In this document: positions 60,230-64,000 of the stretch, piece after piece
How positions within the stretch are numbered: the first letter of the stretch is position 1
How the letters are laid out: each line of letters opens with the position of its first letter
Assembly (NCBI RefSeq): GCF_048418815.1
Contig: NC_133154.1
Coordinates: 324,043-388,042, forward strand
DNA: 64,000 nt
Direction of reading: 5' to 3'
Source: Hemitrygon akajei
Taxonomy: Eukaryota
The notes under the pieces: model-generated
What the model saw: the letters and a program-made list of their open reading frames with translations, nothing else
What the model was told of the DNA's origin: nothing
Database searches by the model: none
Translations under genes and position numbers: made by a program

Positions 60230-60405
60230 TCATTCGGCCTTGTCCCTACACGAATCCAGCTGCTCATGGTCATCCCGCTGGTCGATCTGGGCCACATCCT
60301 GGGCTGCGGATACCATCTGGACCAGGTTGATTAGGGTCTTGGTCACCGAGACGGGGGCAGTGAGCCAGACCAGGAGACGGACCCATCCCAGAGCCAGTCC
60401 TACAA
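60230..60405 (-). CDS. CDIPT: CDIPT terminal coding exon: (V)VGLALGWVRLLVWLTAPVSVTKTLINLVQMVSAAQDVAQIDQRDDHEQLDSCRDKAE*, with the TGA stop at 60232-60230
   Basis: Acceptor ccccacag|TTGTAGG. Matches human SVGLFRMGLWVTAPIALLKSLISVIHLITAARNMAALDAADRAKKK*. The 3'UTR begins with a C14 homopolymer (G14 on the plus strand at 60181-60194). Confidence 0.85.
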
Positions 60406-60639
60406 CTGTGGGGGAGAGACAGGATGTCAGGTAGGGACACAGGAGAGTGTGTGACAGAGAGAGAGGGGGTGGGAGAGGCTGGGGAGAGTGTGTGACAGGG
60501 TGAGGGAATGTAAGAAATGGGGGGTTGTGGGGATAGAGTGTGAGACAGGGAGAGAAGGAGTGTGCGAGATGAGAGATTGTGTGTTACACAGGGGGAGGGA
60601 GTGTGAGAGACAGGGAGACGGGGGAGAGCACATGAGATG

Positions 60640-62075
60640 TGAGACCATAAGACAAAGGAGCAGAATTAGGCCATCTGGCCCATCAAGTCTGCTCCACCAT
60701 TGAATCATGGCTGATCATTTTTTTCCCTCCTCCTCAACCCCAGTCCCTGGCCTACTCCCCATAACCTTTGATGCCATGTCCAATTAGGAACCTATCAATC
60801 TCTGCCTTAAATACACCCAATGACCTGGCCTCCACAACTGCACATGGCGACAATTCCCACAAACTCACCACCCTTAGGTTAAAGACATTTCTCTGTATCT
60901 CTGTTTTGAAAGGACATCCTTCTATCCTGAGGCTGTGCCCTCTTGTCCTGGACTCTCCCACCATGGGAAACATCATTTCCACATCTACCCCATCTAGGCC
61001 TTTCAACATTTGAAAGGTTTCAATGAGATCCCCCCCTTATTCTTCTGAATTCCAGCAAGTACAGACCCAGAGGCAACAAATGTTCCTCGTATAATAACCC
61101 TTTCATTACCGGAATCTTCCTTGTGAACCTCCTTTGGACCTTCTTCAATGCCAGTACATCTTTTCTAAAATGAGGAGCCCAAAACTGTTAGCAATATTGA
61201 AGGTGAGGCCTCACCAGTGCCTTATAAAGTCTCAGCATCACATCCCTGCTCTTGTATTCTAGACCTCTTGAAATGAATGCTAACATGGCATTTGCCTTCC
61301 TCACCACCGACAAGTTAACCTTCAGGGTGTTCTGACAAGGACTCCCAACTCCCTCTGCATCTCAGATTCCTGGATTTTCGCTCAGTTTAGAAAATAATCC
61401 AGATATTTATTTCTACTTCCAAAATGTATTTTATTTGCCACTTCCTTGCCCACTCTCCTAATCCAAGTCCTTCTGCATCCTACCTGTTTCCTCAACACTA
61501 CCTGCTCCTCCACCAATCTTCATATCATCTGCAAACTTGGCAGCAAAGCCATCTACTTCATCATCTAAATCATTTATATGCAGCGTAAAAAAAAGTGGTC
61601 CCAACACCGACCCCTGCGGAACATCACTAGTCACAGGCAGCCAACCAGAAAAGGATCCTTTTATTCCCACTCGCTGCCTCCTACCAATCAGCCAATGCTC
61701 TAACCATGTTAGTAACTTTGCTGTGATACCATGGACTCTTAACTTGGTAAGCAGCCTCATGTGTGGCACCTTGTCAAAGGCTTCTGAAAGTCCAAATATA
61801 CAACATCAACTGCATCCCCTTTATCTATCCTACTTGTAATTTCCTCAAAGAATTCCAACAGGTTCATCAGGCAGGATTTTCCCTGAAGGAAACCATGCTG
61901 ACTTTGTCCTATCTTTTCCTGTGTCACCAAGTACTCCATCACCTCATCCTTAACAATTGACTCTAACATCTTCCCAACCACTGAGGTCAGGCTAACTGGT
62001 CTATAATTTCCTTTCTGCTGCTTCCTTCTTTCTTAAAGAGTGGAGTGACATTTGCAATTTGCCAGTCCTCTGAGG
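60640..62075 (-). mobile_element. CR1-like LINE, 5'-truncated (RT, tail and 3'UTR), in the last CDIPT intron
   Basis: Minus-strand ORFs ...EDWQIANVTPLFKKEGS..., [128 protein letters not shown], and MLKGLDGVDVEMMFPMVGESRTRGHSLRIEGCPFKTE. The plus strand starts with the reverse complement of the conserved 3'UTR. Confidence 0.85.
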
Positions 62076-62234
62076 CAGCATGTGAGACAGGCAGATGGGG
62101 AAGTGTGTGACACAGAGAGGGAATGTGAGAGACAGGAGAGTGTGTGTCACAGAGAGAGAGGGAGATGGGGGACAGTGTGTGACACAGAGCGAGGGAGTGT
62201 GTGAGATGGGAATCAGACAAGGGGAGGTAAACAC

Positions 62235-62340
62235 AAACAACATGTACAAACAAGCTGGATGAATTCAGCAGGTTGGGCAGCATCCGTTGAAATGAGCAGT
62301 CAACGTTTCGGGTTGGGACCCTTTGTCAGGACAAGGGGAG
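62235..62340. repeat. Partial copy of the hairpin MITE-like family
   Basis: ...caagctggatgaattcagcaggttgggcagcatccgttgaaatgagcagtcaacgtttcgggttgggaccctttgtcaggac... Confidence 0.45.
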
Positions 62341-62622
62341 GCGATTCACTGATGGGACAGATCAATCAGACACTCAGCCTAAGAAAATTTGGAGGGAGGG
62401 GGGTGGCTGGGTCTTTGATTATGCTGGCTGCAGACAAAGCTTGTAAATAGGAGGCTGCCGTGCTGAGCAGCGAGTACAATGCTCCGTGGTTTCTGTGGCC
62501 GGGCCGGGCCACATCTGGACAAGATAATTTTGGGAAACAGGACGAGGGAGAGCAGAAGAAGGATTGTGACTGGAATTCAGATGCACTGATGTTCCGAAGG
62601 ATATTGGATGAGACAGACTTAC

Positions 62623-62704
62623 CTGTGGGACCTTCAGTGAAGTACAACACGTAGAGCAGCAGGTAAAACAACTCATTCCCTGCACACATCAGGAACAGCA
62701 CAGT
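62623..62704 (-). CDS. CDIPT: CDIPT exon: TVLFLMCAGNELFYLLLYVLYFTEGPT(G)
   Basis: Acceptor cctacag|ACTGTG, donor CACAG|gtaagt. Matches human PALFTLCAGNELFYCLLYLFHFSEGPLVG. Confidence 0.88.
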
Positions 62705-62859
62705 CTGTAGGAGAGAGAGAACAAGAGACCAGACAACACTCAGAGAAATCCAGGCACGAGGGGGTGCGATAGGCAGGGCAAGAGATTGGGGGGGGGGGGG
62801 GAAGCAAAGGAAACAGGGAGGGGCATAGGGTGTGAGATTATCAGGGGAACAGGCTGAGT

Positions 62860-63130
62860 GGAGGGAAGCGAGACAGCGGAGACACGAATAGGAGAGCAGA
62901 GGGGCAACAGAGATGGGGAGGGCTGTAGAAGAGGAACAGGGTGACAGAGACAGGGAAGGGTGTAGGGGAGGGAAGGGGTGACGGAGATGGGGAGGGATGT
63001 AGCGGACGGAGAGGGTGACAGAGATGGGGAGGGGTGTGGGGATGGAGGGGGTGACAGAGATGGGGAGGGATGTAGGGGAGGGAGGGGAAGGGGTGTCGGA
63101 GACCGGGAGGGAGGGGAGGGGGTGATGGAG
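62860..63130. repeat. CT-rich minisatellite (GA-rich on the plus strand) in a CDIPT intron, from the same family as 52740-53400
   Basis: Units such as ggggagggatgtaggggagggaaggggtgacggagatg repeated. It generates the spurious 259-aa and 160-aa minus-strand ORFs. Confidence 0.8.
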
Positions 63131-63149
63131 TCGGGGAGGTTTCACCTAC

Positions 63150-63231
63150 CCTACTGGAGTAGTAGTAATGCAAGATACGATTCCCATCGCGGTCGATCAG
63201 CTTGTGGCTGGTGGATCCCCGAATGTTGACA
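63150..63231 (-). CDS. CDIPT: CDIPT exon: (S)VNIRGSTSHKLIDRDGNRILHYYYSSR
   Basis: Acceptor caacag|TGTCAAC, donor AGTAGG|gtaggt. Matches human SVVRGSESHKMIDLSGNPVLRIYYTSR. Confidence 0.88.
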
Positions 63232-63592
63232 CTGTTGGACAGAGTGTGAAGACAGAAGGGAGGGTGAGTCGATTCCCTGACCCACTCCTGAGACCCACCC
63301 ATCTCCCCACTCACACCTGACACATCACTGGGTGAGAGGGATAGTGGGGCTATGGGGAGGGGAATGAGGGAGAGTCTCGGGATTACAATGGGGTTTCAAG
63401 AGTTGGGATGCAATTGTGCCCTCCTTCCCCTTCCTCACCCCACCTCGTCAGGAACCCCCTGCCACAAACCCTCTCCCCTCCCTCCTCACCTACACTCCAC
63501 AGCACCTTTCACCCTCCCTTCCCAAACCACTGAACTCTCTGCCTCCACACTTTCGCATAACCTCCCCCACTTCTCCCCTGCCCTGCCTGTAC

Positions 63593-63746
63593 CTGTACAT
63601 GTGGGCCCAGTGGCTGGCGATGTCGATGGCAGCGCTGAGCTGCAGGCCGAGTGTGTACGATGGGTACAGGACGCTCAGTTGCATCAGCAGACACAGGGTG
63701 GAGCAGCGGTCTGTCAGCATGTCCAACACTGCGCCCAGACGGCTGC
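63593..63746 (-). CDS. CDIPT: CDIPT exon: SRLGAVLDMLTDRCSTLCLLMQLSVLYPSYTLGLQLSAAIDIASHWAHMY(S)
   Basis: Acceptor cctcacag|GCAGCC, donor TACAG|gtacag. Matches human TRFGAMLDMLTDRCSTMCLLVNLALLYPGATLFFQISMSLDVASHWLHLHS. Confidence 0.88.
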
Positions 63747-64000
63747 CTGTGAGGCAAGGGACAGAACTGTGAGGGTGTGGGAGAATAGAAGCAGAGAGAA
63801 AGGAGGAAGGTGAGGTTCGGGAGGAAGGAAGAGGAAACCAGAGGGGCAAATGAGTGGGTCAGACTGGGTTCACAAAGTTCAGGGGGGTTAGGGAGGTTCA
63901 GACAACAGGGTCAAGGGGTACAGTAAAGGATCTGAGGTCAGAGATCAAGGAAATCATTGTCAGAGTTCAGAGGGTTCAGGAAAGTTGGGGACAGGTGGTT

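Larger units (their letters stand above)
60230..63746 (-). other. CDIPT: CDIPT gene, 3' portion. The last four coding exons lie in the window and the earlier exons are beyond 64000.
   Basis: Four minus-strand exons with GT-AG boundaries. The conceptual protein matches the C-terminal ~130 residues of human CDP-diacylglycerol--inositol 3-phosphatidyltransferase, including the CDP-alcohol phosphotransferase motif region. Confidence 0.85.

Noticed and set aside
62366-63323. 259-aa and 160-aa minus-strand ORFs
   Set aside because: Read-through of the CT-rich minisatellite in a CDIPT intron. The genuine CDIPT exons here are short, at 63150-63231 and 62623-62704.
1-64000. Prokaryotic-style features: CRISPR arrays, operons, defence systems, toxin-antitoxin pairs
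   Set aside because: The window is clearly vertebrate nuclear DNA, with spliced genes, GT-AG introns, CpG islands, and LINE and SINE content. No direct-repeat and spacer architecture and no compact co-directional gene clusters are present.

Overview
This window is vertebrate nuclear DNA, not prokaryotic. It has spliced genes with GT-AG introns, CpG islands, and more than half of its length is interspersed repeats. The repeat content suggests a cartilaginous fish, but that is a guess. The repeats are CR1-like LINEs with an APE endonuclease, a reverse transcriptase, an RLRGDLIEVYKI...SRTRGH C-terminal tail and an ORF1 esterase domain, plus tRNA-derived SINEs of the ...tttcctcccacagtccaaagat type. 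Two conserved host genes lie on the minus strand. (1) MVP, major vault protein: 15 coding exons were found, from the start codon at 52707 down to 30793. They were matched by eye to the human MVP protein from [24 protein letters not shown] through AIGPETIRAIAVSGPELQ, and all splice phases are consistent. The C-terminal coding exon or exons (about 75 aa) could not be located. (2) CDIPT, phosphatidylinositol synthase: the last four coding exons (63746 down to the stop at 60230) lie upstream of MVP in the same orientation. A CpG island at about 54590-55060 is the likely MVP promoter and 5'UTR exon. Everything else is repeats. About 25 CR1-like LINE copies or fragments are present, including one near-full-length young copy and an inverted partner that bracket the 5' half of MVP. 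A second LINE family (RT motif [11 protein letters not shown]...KTKEMVVDFRR) is also present, along with SINE fragments, a hairpin-forming MITE-like family, several CT-rich or GA-rich minisatellite families, a 1.1-kb tandem duplication, a 30-bp x17 and a 59-bp x11 minisatellite, and frequent long G/C homopolymers. A CpG-rich region at 5630-6310 is packed with about 12 CCAAT/ATTGG motifs and has no recognisable exon next to it. There are no CRISPR arrays, operons, defence islands or RNA genes other than SINE-embedded tRNA-like sequence. The long six-frame ORFs in the supplied track are mostly low-complexity read-through of repeats or antisense of real exons. All coordinates were derived by hand and boundary positions may be off by a few nucleotides.
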